A program made the position numbers and the translations under genes. The notes under the pieces are model-generated. The model was given only the letters and a program-made list of their open reading frames with translations, was not told the DNA's origin and ran no database searches. A stretch of DNA of 64,000 nt from Chiloscyllium plagiosum (taxonomy: Eukaryota). Below, piece by piece: positions 25,316 through 38,741 of the stretch (within the stretch, counting starts at the first letter, position 1; each line of letters begins with the position of its first letter). The stretch spans positions 81,025,666 to 81,089,665 of the forward strand of contig NC_057718.1 in the NCBI RefSeq assembly GCF_004010195.1. The letters run 5' to 3'.

Positions 25316-26615
25316 ATTGTATAGTGTAGTGGGGTCACGTGTAGTGTGACCATGTGTAGTGTGACATGAACCCAAGGTCCCGGTTGAGGCCATCCTCATG
25401 GGTTCTGAACTTGACTGTCAGCCTCTGCTTGGCCACTCTGCGTGGTTGCGTATCCTGAAGTCCTCCTCGGAGAATGGACACCCGAAGATCTGAGGTTGAT
25501 TGTCCCTGACTGGGAGAGAACACTGTATCTGGCAATTGTTGCATGGTGTCCATTCATCTGTTGTCGTAGCATCGCTTGGTCTCTCCAATGTATCGTGCAT
25601 TGGGGCATTCTTGCCTGAAGCGTATGAGATAGACAACGTTGTCTGAGTGACAGGAGTACCTGCCGTGTGCATGATGGGTGGTGTCCCTATGTGTGATGGT
25701 GCCATCCATGTTGACACTCTGAAATGTCTTGCAGTGGTTGCCATGACAGGGCTGTACGGTGTTTTGATTGATGTTGTCCTGAAGGCTGGGCAGTTTGCTG
25801 TGAACAATGGTCTGGTTAAGGTTTGGTGGTTATTTAAAGGTGAGAAGTGGAGGCGTAGGGAAGGTCTTGGTGAGGTCTTCGTACTCATTGATAATGTATT
25901 GCAGGCTGTGAAGAACATAGCGTACTTTCCCTGCTCCCGGGAAGTACTGGACTACAAAGGGTACCCTATTGGTTGCATCCTGTATCACTCTCCTGAGGAG
26001 GTAATTTGTGGCTTCTCAGTGTGGCACATTGGAACTGGCAATCGATGAGTTGAGCACCAAACCCTGTTCTTATGAGAGCATTCTTGAGCACCTTCAGGTG
26101 TACATTGCGTTCCTTCTCATCAGAACAGGTCCTGTGTATGCGTCGGGCATTTCTGTAGGGACTGGCTGTTTTAATATGTTTGGTGTGGAAGTTAGAGAAG
26201 TGCAGCATTGTGAGGTTATTCATGGGTTTGCAGTAGAGTGAGGTACTGAGGTGCCATCACTGATGGAGATGCATGTATCCAAGAATGAGACTGATACTAA
26301 AGAGTTGTCTGTGGTAAGTCTGATGGTGAGATGAAATTTGTAGATATCTCTGTGTAGTTGTTTCAGTGACTCCTTGCCATGGGTCCAGAGGAAGAATATG
26401 TTGTCAATATATCTGGTGTAAAGTGCTGGTTAGAGGTCCTGTGCAGCAAAAAAGTCTCGCTCAAACCTATGCATGAAAATATTGGGGTGCAAATTTTGTC
26501 CCTAGTGCTGTTCCATCTGTCTGGATGAAGAATGGCTGTCAAAAGTGAAAACGTTGTGGTCGAGGTTGAAGCGGATGAATTGTCGGATGGTGCTCTGATA
26601 TTGGCAGTTGTTACA

Positions 26616-27330
26616 TTATGGCCACATCATGGCTAACATTGAGAGGTGAGTAGTGGGAGTCTTTTTCCCAGAGTGGAATGGGGACCATAGGTTTAAGATG
26701 AAAGGGGACAAGTTTAAAGGAGAAATGTGAAGAAAATTTCTTTTAAAGGGAGTGTGGTAGATGCCTGGGATGTGCTGCCATTGGAAGACAGTAGAATTAA
26801 CATTTAAGAGGCATGAACATGAACAAACTGGGAATAGAGAGATATGTACCATGTTCAGGCAGGTGGGATTAGTTTGGAGCAGCATGATGTTCACCGAAGA
26901 CATGTTGGGCAAAAGGGCCTGTTCCTGTGCTGCAGTGCTCCATGCCCTGTGTAATTCTGTTCAGTCAGCATGGATTTGTTAAAGAAAAATCATGTCTAAC
27001 AGACTTGCTGGAGTTTTTAGAAGAGGTGAGTTGAAGAGGCAAAGCTGTTGATTTATGTCTAAGACTTCCAAAAGGTGTTTGAAACGGTGTCACACAACAG
27101 ATGTGAGGGAAAGTCATAGGTCATGGAATAAAAGGGGCAGTGACAAAGCAGATATAAAACAACGTTAATGGGTATTTTTAGCCTGGAAGAAGGTTTGAGT
27201 GTAGTTCTCTAGGATTTGGTTTTGGGATCCTTGCTTTTCCTGAAATATGAGAGTTGTTGTGATTTTTATGTACAGGAGACAATGTTGAAGTTTGCAGACG
27301 ATACACATCTTGGTGAGGCTTGCAGAGGTG
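26616..27330 (+). mobile_element. Two old CR1 remnants
   Basis: 3' UTR-like sequence at 26640-26955 and an RT remnant (QHGF, DFQK.F, LKFADDT) at 26960-27320. Confidence 0.6.
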
Positions 27331-28413
27331 AAGTTTGCATTCACATTAGCTCCTTTGGGCCATGCAGACACACACTATTGTTATCTTCTGTACGTTGTGC
27401 TGAATGATTTGGATTTGCAGAGAAGGAGAATTACAAAAATGCACAAATATCCTCAGTAATTATCATAATTATCATCCCATTGAACATAAAGCCAAATGAA
27501 ACACAAGAAAAGCATGAATTTCTGAGATACTTAAATTTACATTTAAATTGACATGAGACAATGGGTGTATGTTAGCAAAACTATCTTCAAAAGATCTTGA
27601 CATTTTTTGCAGACAGGAATCCACCCTCTAAGCACAAATTCTCTAGACTGGTGAGGTTGGAGCTAAAACATTCCCATCACATATTCATAAAGCTGAAATA
27701 TTTTAAACAAGCAGAAAGTTGCATTTCAGGTGTTAATCTCAAATTTAAATTTAACAATTGGTGAGGTGTTACTTTCAATAGCGTCCAGTACAGACTTTGC
27801 AAGCAAACAACTCCTGAGCATACGCAATCTTAGGCTTGAGATACTGCATTCATTTGCAAGTAATTCATAATCTCGGTGGCTTCAAGTTTACCTAGCTTTT
27901 AGCTAGCTGACTGTTGCTTTGACAGGATTGAATCTGTTCTCTCTTCCCCACCATTGCTTCCTGTTCTTTCCAACCTCCTTGAAGATTTCCTTTCTGTATC
28001 CCATTCCCCTTTATTGTCCCTCTCTCTTATTCTGCTAGGGTCTCTTCTGTCTTGTTTGCTGCCTCCCCTCTCCCCAACATCTCTTACTATGTTTTTTCCC
28101 CCTTAGGGTTTATCTGTGTTAGTTTTACATCTTTGCATCACTCTCCATCTGAATGGCTTTTGCTACAGTTAAATCATCATCAGATTGTAATAAATCTGAC
28201 AGTCATCAGTTTGCCTATCAATTCTGACATTGTCACCACAAGTCGCATCCCTCCACAAGTCTACAGAGGTAATTAATGAAACGATGTTTGGATTCTCTGA
28301 GATGACATTCATCTGTTCAACCCTTTTCAAACAGAATTCTATTACTATTTTAATAACTGTCACTATCTCTTTGTGTCTGTCGCTTCTCTTACCTCTGGTG
28401 AGCAACATCATAT

Positions 28414-28545
28414 AGGAGAACGTACGGACTGCAGATGCTGGAGTTTAGAGTCGAGTGTGTGGTGTTGGAAAAGCACAGCAGGTTAGGCAACATCCGAGGA
28501 GCAGGAAATCAACTTTTCGGGCAAAAGCCCTTCATCAGGAATGAG
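28414..28545 (-). mobile_element. 132-bp hammerhead-headed PLE terminal fragment
   Basis: TSD gag(c/t)aacatcatat at 28400-28413 and 28546-28559. Minus strand CTGATGA-a-gggc-tttt-gccc-GAAA-agtt. Confidence 0.85.
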
Positions 28546-29181
28546 GAGTAACATCATATGCCGTACTCCCAGTTGCGTTCAGCAGTTGAATGGTTTGTTC
28601 AGCTTCTGGCTTAGTGTCGAGTTCTATTGTGCCTCAAGAATTGTTTTGTCCAGGCTATTCGATTTTTATGTTCTATTTAACCCATTTCTGATATTAAATC
28701 TTCCTTGAAATACTATTTCAAATGTCACCGCTTCCTAATATTATTCACTATGTTATTATTCTTCATTTTATGTTTCTGTGACACCAGTTCTCCCATACTT
28801 TACTGTTAGAGGTTTTTCCTGTTTGATATGACTATACATGTGGAATCCTGTGCTTTTGTAGCTGTAATGGAGAATTTTTGCACTTCTGTGACTGTTGCAA
28901 GGATTTCTGTCTTCCCTGACTATTGGAACTATTCCTGCTTTTTTCAGATTTCCTGCCTTTTGTTGGCTGTAATGGAGGACTCCTGCCTTTTAGTGTCTAC
29001 AATAGCATCTCCTGAAAATGTTGTGTATCAGACCAGAACTGCTTGCTTGCTTTTAAATTGCCCAATGCGTGGTTGCTTCAAATGACTTGGCGAGTTTGTG
29101 ATTTCCCCAGTTCCCTTCCCTGTTCTAAGATTGTGAATTTCTCTTTGTCTTGGTAGTTCAAGTCTATGATTTTTGGCCTTG

Positions 29182-29726
29182 TGTTATGGACCAGACAAAA
29201 CCCTCTAAAACATTTTACAAAGGTAGCCCAGACCCAAACCCACCTTTTTTTATTTTTTGTAAAGACAGGAGTGATGCAGCTGGTCAAACCTCTCAGCTTT
29301 AAACATATCAGAATGTATTGAAACACAAATACAAGCAAACAGAATTTAGAATAACTTATTCGAAAACCCAACCGACATGATATAGCAACTTAACGAAGCT
29401 GTTCCGATCCCAGCAACATCGCATAAACACACCTCTTGGCAAAAGGTAAATTCAAACATAAGTTCTTACAAGCAGCAAAGTTTTCAGAACGTTCAGTCAA
29501 GACCTCTGTTGAAGCATGGAACCTCTTTTTACTGTAGCTGCTTTGCTAGGTCCCCAGAAGTTGTCTGACTGCTTGCTGAAACAAACCAAACTCAGGAAAA
29601 AACCTGAATTGGGAGAACTCGCCACTCCCCTGCCATTGTTCAAACTAACCATTTCCTGACAAACCAGCACTTCTGCTTTTACAAACCCTCTTGGAAAAAC
29701 AAAGGACAACATGGGCAGCATCAACA
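29182..29726. mobile_element. Probable solo LTR related to 929-2629
   Basis: Starts tgttatggaccagac..ccctctaaaacatt and shares internal blocks (cttggcaaaaggtaaattca). The right end and TSD are unresolved. Confidence 0.5.
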
Positions 29727-30419
29727 CACACGTCCTACGGTGATTACATGTGATGTGAGCTGCAACTTCATATTTTGTTTTTAACCATTTCAACCTGAAT
29801 TACTTTGATGTTTAAAGTTTTCCCTTTTTACCCGTGCTTTTTAGTTTTGTCTCATACAATCGGTTGTTGGATTGACTTTTTGAAGCATGGAATATTCCTA
29901 CAGACAACTGTCTAGCTAATGCAGACTACACCTCTGGATTGAAACAACAGATTTTTTCTGTTCCAGCAAGACTTCTGTGAAGTCTGAAATGGTTCCTCTA
30001 TTATTCTTTGGAGTATTGCCACAAGGTTTTTTTTTGGGGGTTCATGTTCTCAGCAATCAGCAGTATCTGCCTTCTGGCTACCAGCATGTTTGTTTTTTTT
30101 TAGAGCTGGTTCTGATTCCATACTGTTCACAGTGATGTCAGTGTTGCAACCTGTGTGTTTGAGGTGTATAGTCTCTTGGGGACGTGGGTAGTCACCTTAT
30201 AGTCTAATGAAAAGAGACTTGTGAAATGAAGGAGATGTTTTTTATTGCTTCTGTGAAACAATTTACTGAGTATATGAATAGTCTCTATTAACTATGTTGG
30301 GAGAACTAGATCCATCTCCTTCAGGTCTTCTTTTGCTCTTTCAACAAGTTCTCATAAGAGTGTGTGATGTTTATTATACTCAATCAAATAATAACTCTTT
30401 CAGATCCTTCTGACCCATA

Positions 30420-31290
30420 CAACAGGAAAATGTGGAGTCATGAGGCAACAGAATGGGGAACAAGTTGATAACAATGGAGAAAGTGCAGTAAAGTTTAAAA
30501 ATTAGCACTCAGACTGAAGTAAGGTGGGAAATGGTGTTACTGTAGGAATTGTGCTGAAGCCATTGTTCTTCACTGTTTGTAGAAACAATTTGTCCTCTCC
30601 AATTTCAAAATTATGGATAATGCCAAATTGGGAGGAGACTGTGACAAAATGCATGAAGTTGTAAATGGTGGGCAATAGGCCAGTGAATGTCAGTGTAGGT
30701 AAATATGAAGTGATATATATTTTGGTAAGGAAAATAAGATCATAAACTCATTGGAAATGAGTTTCCAAAAAGGGAAACGTGTTGAGTAATCTGATGATAT
30801 ACATACCTAATTTCTGAAGTATGACTGATTAATGAGGTCATTCAAAAAAGAAGCACTAGTATCCATTTGGAGAGGGAAAAGAGGAATTATTTAACTTGTA
30901 TAAGTTTGTTTAGACCACACTTGGAGGACTGCAGAGTTCTGGTTTTATATCAGAAGTATATACTGATAGAGATGAACTGTGCCCTGATCAAAGTCTTTAA
31001 GATTATGGAATGATTTGATGGGCTTGACATAGACAATGTTTTGAAATGTGGATAAGATCAGAATTGGTGCAATAAATGTGTGTGTGTGTGTAATTCTCTT
31101 AATCAGAATGTTGGAATATGAAACTTAGTACCATAGGTAGCAGTTCAAATGAATTCGTATGGCCACATGTCAGTGGGTGCAACACAAATATATGAAAGAG
31201 AAAGGAATACTAACACAATAGTAGATGAAGATTGGCAGATTAGTGTGGACCATATACATGGGCTTAGGCCAGTGTTGAATCAAATCATCA
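30420..31290 (+). mobile_element. Highly decayed CR1 remnant
   Basis: Faint ORF2 3' motifs (ttagaccacacttggag, gtctttaagattatg) and a 3' UTR-like end. Confidence 0.45.
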
Positions 31291-31370
31291 TTTTCTGTGT
31301 AATACCTTTGTGTGTATTCCATAGGTTTATCTATGGTCTGCAATATAAATAACCACATTTATTTATAATA

Positions 31371-31912
31371 GCCCCGTGGCCCAACATTTCAACTCCCCCC
31401 TCCCACTCTGTCGAGGACATGGAGGTCCTGGGCCTCCTTCACCGCCGCTCCCTCACCACCAGACGCCTGGAGGAAGAACGCCTCATCTTCCGCCTCGGAA
31501 CACTTCAACCCCAGGGCATCAATGTGGACATCAACAGCTTCCTCATTTCCCCTTCCCCCACCTGTTCCTAGTTTCAAACTTCCAGCGCCGCACTGTCCCC
31601 TTGACTTATCCGGACTTGTCCGACCTGCCTAGCTTCTTTTCCACCTATCCACTCCACCCTCTCCTCCCTGACCTATCACCTTCATCCCCTCCCCCACTCA
31701 CCTATTGTACTCTATGCTACTTTCTCCCCACCCCCACCCTCCTCTAGCTTATCTCTCCACGCTTCAGGCTCTCTGCCTTTATTCCTGATGAAAGGCTTTT
31801 GCCCGAAACATCGATTTTGCTGCTCGTCGGATGCTGCCTGAATTGCTGTGCTCTTCCAGCACCACTGATCCAGAATCTGGTTTCCAGCATCTGCAGTCAT
31901 TGTTTTTACCTC
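31371..31912 (+). mobile_element. PLE 3' fragment (GIY-YIG C-terminus, 3' UTR, hammerhead, tail)
   Basis: Manual frame PVAQHFNSPSHSVEDMEVLGLLHRRSLTTRRLEEERLIFRLGTLQPQGINVD. HHR CTGATGA-a-aggc-tttt-gccc-GAAAc-ATC at 31785-31812. Confidence 0.88.
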
Positions 31913-32380
31913 TAAGAATAGGGCCAATCAAGGATAGTAGTGCGAGGTTGTGCATGGAGTCAGAAGAGATGGGTGAAGCGCTAAGTGAATATTTTTTCAG
32001 TATTCACACTGGAAAAAGACAATGTTGTCAAGGAGAATACTGAGAAACAAGCTACTGGATTAGATGGGATTGAGGTTCACAAGGAGGAGGTGTTAACAAT
32101 TCTGGAAAGTATGAAAATAGATAAATCCCCTGGGCTGGATGGGATTTATCCTAGGATTCTCTGGGAAGCCAGGGAGGTGATTGCAGAGCCTTTGGCTTTG
32201 ATCTTTATGTCGTCATTGTCTAAAGGAATAGTACAAGAAGACTGGAGGATATCAAATATTGTTCCCTTGTTCAAGAGGGTGGGAGTAGAGACAACCCAGG
32301 TAATTATAAACCAGAGAACCTTACTTCTATTGTGGGTAAAGTGTCGTAAAAGGTTTTAAGAGAGGATTTATAATCATCTG
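31913..32380 (+). mobile_element. Internal CR1 ORF2 fragment
   Basis: [40 protein letters not shown]. Confidence 0.85.
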
Positions 32381-32464
32381 AGCCCATACCAGAAATGGCT
32401 GAAAACATTCTAAGCCATTCTAAGACAAACCAAAATTTTCACATGATGGTTGCCTATATGTATT

Positions 32465-32574
32465 GCCGCCAAAACAGCTCAGCGCCAAAGTAATGAGCGC
32501 CAAAACAGTTTAGAGCCAAAATGGCAGGGCCAAATGATTGGCACCAAAAGGGCGGCACCAAATAGTCCCATTCC
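32465..32574 (+). repeat. Seven degenerate 14-16 nt units with an RCCAAA core
   Basis: CCAAA starts at 32469, 32485, 32500, 32516, 32530, 32544 and 32558. Confidence 0.75.
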
Positions 32575-33994
32575 TCTGTGAATCATCGCAACGGTTAAAG
32601 ATTCTACAGAATTAGGCCAAGTTCCCAAATTTATTTGATTTTCAGATCTAAGTTAACAAAGGATGTCCACGTTTTTGTACTTCAGAAGAATTACTCTGTA
32701 TTACAGGTAAATAGACTTTAGCTACAAGTAAACTTTAATGATCTATCAGCAAATAACTTTCCTGGTTAAAACTCTAATCCTGTTATAAACATTGCCTTAT
32801 ATGTGTCTCCTCCCCTAATGCACGCATGTGCACATGCACAACATGGATGATATGGGTGGAGGGAAAAGTGGGAAAGTTGTCCACTCGTCCTTATTCGCAG
32901 AATTTTCTGAGATGATTCTTGCACTAAACAGAACACTTCTTTTCAGTTCTTCAGATGCCTCCACTTGTTTACCGGAAGCATAGGGCAACTGGCTCACACT
33001 TGTAAAAGGTCTCTGATTCTTATTAAAAGCCACAGTTCACAGCAACTGTCAAAGGCAAAATGAACTGGTTTACTTCAAACTTAAAGTAGCTTTTCCAGCA
33101 AAGAACAGAGAGAGAGCTCTTGAGCTAGTGGAAATCTATGAGCTTCTCGCTGTCTTATTCACAGCCCCAAGTTGTTCAGTCATGTGAAAGCCAATTATGC
33201 AGTTGTAGGCAGACAGAAGGGCTACAATATCAGTCATGTGTCCATAGACCAATCGACTATTTGTTGCTAGCTCCAATTCATCTGCAAAGTACACTTAAAC
33301 TGCTGCTTGAACAAGCAGTTGTTTAAATGGTGCTTGTAAATTAATTTTAGGTTACTCGTTTTTACAAACTGCACTAATCCTTCAGCAATCTTTATTTTTT
33401 AAAGCAGTTCTTTCTTTCTTCAGTCACAATCAAAAACATAAAACTAAAGAAGTATAGGTAACAATGGTAGAAGGTCCAAATTTCTTACTAATCACACAGC
33501 TGACCAGAAATCACTCCCATTCTTACTGCTTGTCATTTGTGTATATTGGAAGGATCTGCAGGTTGATAAATAAATTTGTTTAGCTTTTTGAATGCACCTT
33601 CCTTAACCATCAAGTCTTGGAGTGTGACTTGAATGCAGATCTTCTGACTTGGAGGTGTGGACAATACCTACTATGCTACAAGATCATTTCATTTAAGTTA
33701 GTAGAGCGTTGCAGTGTTGTGAAGGTACTTGATGCTGGAGTTACACCACACTGTGATTCAAAATGTACCACAGTTCCCTGGACTTCTGGCAGCTCAGCAT
33801 TTATGGGCTAACAGTCTTGAATATACTGTTACTTGTAGAACCATTTTGCAGTCATAACAATTTTTTTCCATATTTCTCTCACCCTATAAACTTAAATACA
33901 ACTGCTTTGTATTTATAAATTTATTTGAATAATTTTCAGAAAATGTAATGAATCTGAACAAATACTTTGTGAAACAATTTGAGTTTAAACAAAA

Positions 33995-34470
33995 GTAAAA
34001 TATAATGGATGGTAGATATCTGAAATAAAAACAAAATATTGCAAATTCTCCTGTATAGCAGCATCTGTGGAGGAACAAGTCGTTTGTTTCAAGGTATTGC
34101 CTTTCTATCAGAATTGGAAAATGTTAGAAATGTGACAGGGTTAAAATGAGTGTACATGGAGAGCGAGGAGGGCAGATACAACAGAAGATCTGTGATACGG
34201 TGGAAACTGTCAAGATTGGTAAACAAAAAAAAAGTTAATGATGCAAAGCAAAATGGAATGGGGCAGATTATGGAAACCAAAAATGGAGCTGTGGAAGGTG
34301 TAAATTAGAAAGCATAATCATCACTAACCATCCAAAAACACAGTCAACTATCTCAAACTGAAATGGGGGCAAAGGTTGTGACCTGAAATTGTTGATCTCA
34401 TTATAGAGTCCAGAAGTGAATAATCAAAAGGTGAAGAACAGTGTAGGAAGCCAGGTCAGTGTGCAGCAAG
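33995..34470 (-). mobile_element. Old PLE 3' terminus remnant
   Basis: Resembles the termini at 6846-6940 and 52590-52670 (ctgaaataaaaacaaaatattgc..gcagcatctgtggag). Confidence 0.5.
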
Positions 34471-36384
34471 AACAACTCCACTAGTCCCACCTCACTGGCC
34501 TTTCTGCATGGTTCTGCAAATTTTTTATCCTGTAAAATAATTATCCATTTTCTTTTTTAAAGCCTACTGTTGAATATGTGACCTGCATGGTCTTGGGCAA
34601 TACATTCCAAGTTTCAAGCACTTGCTGCAGAAGAGATTTTTCTTGTGTTACACCATAATTTATCAGAGGACGGTTGGATAAGAGATGTCAGTGCTCAAGA
34701 TCACCAATAGATCCTTCTGCATGAGCTGTCTGATAACTGCTGTTTGGATGACATGTGACTCTTCTAAAGACCCGAATGATTTTGACATGATTGATATTTT
34801 AATGTTTAGCTTATTCCCTTCAACTGCACTGAGTATGATTTATCTGTAGGTGAAGGATAGTATGTTTCCATTCTCTTCTTTCATACAGATTGCTATGCTT
34901 TCCTTAAACTGGATGTTTTGAAATGCATTATTATTCTTTTGTATCGATCTTAAATTAGCTTGCTAATATATTGCCTTGGAAGTGGGATCAGCCAGTGTTT
35001 GGGACAGAGAGCTTGAATGTATGCAGTTAAAACACAACAGTGTGCTTGGGTTTTTTTCCAATTTCGGAATCAATAATATGTTGCTGTACATTGTTGCAAT
35101 GAAGTTGCAAGATGAATTCTACTGCTAAACACCTAGTATGAATTCCGAAAATTTCCTCGATGTTTTTGTGAAGTATACTTTGGGCTATTTTAGTGGAAAA
35201 TATTTTTCAGGGTGAGAACGTCTATGTTCTCTAAATTTGCCATTGAATGCATGTGTCAATATTACACAACATTTAATGCCAGAAATGTGTATTGTTGACA
35301 TTTGTTTAGGAGCTGAGATATTTATGTAAGACAGGAGCAAACAAAATGAGTTACAGAAGTCTGCCCTGTAAGTGGTGAAATTTTGATTTTTATTATAGAA
35401 ATGCTCATGGAGATTCCTTATATTGTTTCTGTTGTTTCTCTCATTTTTCTTATACCTATCAGAAAGGGGCATGACCACTGATCTTGTTATCAGCCACTAA
35501 ATATTATGGACTGAATTTGCCAAAATTTTGAGGAATTTCATGGAGGATTTCACTCAGTGAGTACACGTATAAAATGTATATAGTGTCATAGTGTCATACA
35601 GCATGGAAACAGACTCTTGAATCCAACTTGACCACGCCAACCAGATGTCCCAATCTGGCCACCTCCCATTTGCCAGCATTTTGCCCATATCCCTGTAAAC
35701 TATTCCTATTCATGTGCCCATCCAGATACCTTTTAAATGTTGTAATTCCAAGTGACTTTGGACATGTAATTTTACACTGCTCACTGGTGCAAGAGGGCTT
35801 TATAGCTCTAACTGCACAGTTCAGATGCTGCTAGGCTGGCCTGAAGTTGCTTCCTGGAGCGTGGCAGTTACCCTGATGCAGAGGAATGTACAGCCTCAAT
35901 AGTTCTGACCCACCCCAACCCCCAAACTCCTAATCCTTTCAGTCCTCTGTGATTTCTGCTAAATCCCAGCACTGAGGATGGACCAGCCCCCTAACTGACC
36001 ATCATGTCCTTGCTGGACTGAATCAGAAGTCACACGACACCAGTTCATAATCCAACAGGTTTATTTGAAATCACAAGCTTCCAGGGCACTGCTCCTTCAT
36101 CAGATGAAGTGGAGGGAACCACACAGGCACAGAATCTATTGGCAGAGAGATAACTGCAAGATAATTCCAGGTAATTAAGGGTGTCAAAAGTTAGTACAAA
36201 TGGTTTGGAGTGTTGGCAGGCTGAATAAAAAATCTTTGCAGACAATCAAAAAGTGTCAAATGGTGTGAGTAAGGTGTCAACAGCTGAACAGCAAGTGCAG
36301 GGATAACCTGTGATCCAATTAATTAAAGCAGAGAGATAATTACAGAAAATCAGAAAAATGATGGTGCCAGAGACCAACCAAATG

Positions 36385-36569
36385 AAACAAGCTGGAGGCT
36401 GGAAGAACGCATCAAGATAGGCAGTATTAGTCAACGTTTTGGGTGTAACCCTTCTTCAGGTCCTCCTGGACCTTCTCCATCTCATGATGTTGCCTGGCTT
36501 GCTGTGTTCTTCCAGCTTCCTGCTTGTCTACCTTGGATTCCAGCATCTGCAGATTTTTTGCCTCTGTCC
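36385..36569. mobile_element. 185-bp fold-back PLE derivative nested in the left arm
   Basis: TSD gagac(c/a)aaccaaatg at 36370-36384 and 36570-36584. Inverted arms of about 40 nt, HHR at 36433-36459 (-), and a one-sided tail. Confidence 0.8.
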
Positions 36570-37968
36570 GAGACAAACCAAATGGCTAGAATAACATGAT
36601 CGGTATAAGAGTCACATGACGAGGGTCTAACCAAAGTGACAAGTAATCCAACACTGTACAAACAAATTAAGATAGGGAGATAGTAACAAATTATCATGGT
36701 GATGTTGTCAAAACAGAACAATATGGGAGATTTTGCAAGCACAGAGCAGTATGCTGGGGTTACATGTAGCATGATATGAACCCAAGGTCACAGTTTAGGC
36801 CGTCCTTATGGGTACAGAACTTGACTATCGGTTTCTGCTCAGCAATTCTGCATTGCTGTGTCTCTAAAAGACCGTCTTGGAGGACTCTTACCCAAAGATT
36901 GGCAGCTGAATGTCCTTGATCGCTGATGTATTCCCTGACTGGGAGAGAGCACGCCTGCCTGGTGATTATTGTGCAGTGTCAGTTTATCCGTTGTCACAGC
37001 GTCTGCATGGTCTCGCCGATATACCATTCCTTGTGGCATTCTTTCCTGCAGCATATGAGGTAGACAGCATTGGCCGAGTCACATGAGTACCTACCGTGTA
37101 TATGGTAGTTCGTGTTACCACATGGTGGTAGTATCCATGTTGATAATCTGGCATACCTTGCAGAGGTATGTCAGGGTTATGTGGTGTTATGGTTGCTGTT
37201 CTCCTGAAGGCTGAGTAGTTTGCTGTGAAATATGGTCTGACATGGCAGATCATCAATATGGATACTACTATCACACATGGGAACACCACTCACCATGTAC
37301 ACAGTAGGTACTCACATGAATTGATCAATGCCGTCTACCTCATATATGCTGCAGGAAAGGATGCCATGTGGCATGGTATATTGGCTAGACTATGCAGATG
37401 CTGTGACAACGGATGAACGAACGCCGCCCAACAATTGTCAGGGAGGAGTGTTGCCTCCCATTCGGGGAACATTTCAGGATCAAGAATGTTGTGCAGATGA
37501 TCCTTGGGTAAGCGTCCCCCAAGGCAGCCTTTGAGACACACAACGCAGAATCGCTGAGCAAAAACTGATAGCCAAGTTCTACACCCATGATGACAGCCTT
37601 AACTGTGATCTTGAGTTCATGTTTCACACATGGAACCCCACCATACTATTGTGTTTGCAAAATCTTCCTTACTGTTCTATTTTGACACCATTGCCTTGAC
37701 AAATTGTTATTATCTCTCTACCTTAGTTTGTACAGTATTGGATTACTTGTTACTTTGGTTAGACCCTTGTCATGCCACTCTTATACCTATCATGTTATTC
37801 CAGCTATTTGGTTTGCCTCTAGCACCATCTTCGTTTTTGATATTTTGAAATTATCTCACTGCTTTAATTAATCAGATTATAGGTCATCTCTGCACTTGCT
37901 ATTCAGCTGTTGACACTTTATTCTCATCACTTGACACTTCATGATCACTTGTAAAGACTTGTTATTCA

Positions 37969-38741
37969 AAGTTTGGGAGAAGATTTGTAGCTCGGGTGCT
38001 CGTTGTTGTGGTTCTGTTCGCCGAGCTGGGAATTTGTGTTGCAGATGTTTCGTCCCCTGTCTAGGCGACATCCTGAGTGCTTGGGAGCCTCCTGTGAAGC
38101 GCTTCTGTGATCTTTCCTCCGGCATTTGTAGTGGTTTGAATCTGCCGCTTCCGGTTGTCAGTTCCAGCTGTCCGCTGCAGTGGTCGGTATATTGGGTCCA
38201 GGTCGATGTGCTTATTGATTGAATCTGTGGATGAGTGCCATGCCTCTAGGAATTCCCTGGCTGTTCTCTGTTTGGCTTGTCCTATAATAGTAGTGTTGTT
38301 CCAGTCGAATTCATGTTGCTTGTCATCTGCGTGTGTGGCTACTAAGGATAGCTGGTCGTGTCGTTTACCAACTAGCCACGAAACGACACGACCAGCTATC
38401 CTTAGTAGCCCCACACGCAGATGACAAGCAACATGAATTCGACTGGGACAACACCACTATTATAGGACAAGCCAAGCAGAGAACAGCCAGGGAATTCCTA
38501 GAGGCATGGCACTCATCCACAGATTCAATCAATAAGCACATCGACCTGGACCCAATATACCGACCACTGCAGCGGACAGCTGGAACTGACAACCGGAAGC
38601 GGCAGATTCAAACCACTACAAATACCGGAGGAAAGATCACAGAAGCGCTTCACAGGAGGCTCCCAAGCACTGAGGATGTCGCCTAGACGGGACGAAACGT
38701 CTGCAACACAAATTCCCAGCTCGGTGAACAGAACCACAACA
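37969..38741. mobile_element. Young, near-perfect palindromic PLE insertion
   Basis: Exact TSD acttgttattca at 37957-37968 and 38742-38753. Arms 38002-38366 and 38381-38743 with a 14-nt spacer, and a 33-nt tail at 37969-38001. Both arms encode the GIY-YIG C-terminus (H...HEFDW.N..II....R..REFLEAWHS). Confidence 0.93.
38670..38701 (+). ncRNA. Minimal hammerhead ribozyme motif, intact core
   Basis: gca-CTGAGGA-t-gtc..gac-GAAA-c-GTC-tgc, with helix I gca/tgc. Confidence 0.7.

Larger units (their letters stand above)
23230..26615 (-). mobile_element. Penelope-like retroelement (RT C-terminal half, GIY-YIG endonuclease, 3' terminus), split by a CR1 at 23421-24802
   Basis: Minus-strand frameshifted peptides include NNLTMLHFSNFH.KHIK, KQPPNL and NVVYLIR..CPNARYIGET (GIY-YIG). 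Terminal sequence at 23230-23420 is homologous to 36028-36150, with a degenerate HHR at about 23287-23314. Confidence 0.85.

Noticed and set aside
32465..32574. CRISPR-like repeat-spacer array
   Set aside because: The units are far too short (6-nt core, about 15-nt period), the context is eukaryotic, and there are no cas genes.
38061..38686. Two novel 117-aa paralogous genes on opposite strands
   Set aside because: They are mirror translations of a palindromic PLE endonuclease fragment. Their N-termini are read through from the opposite arm.
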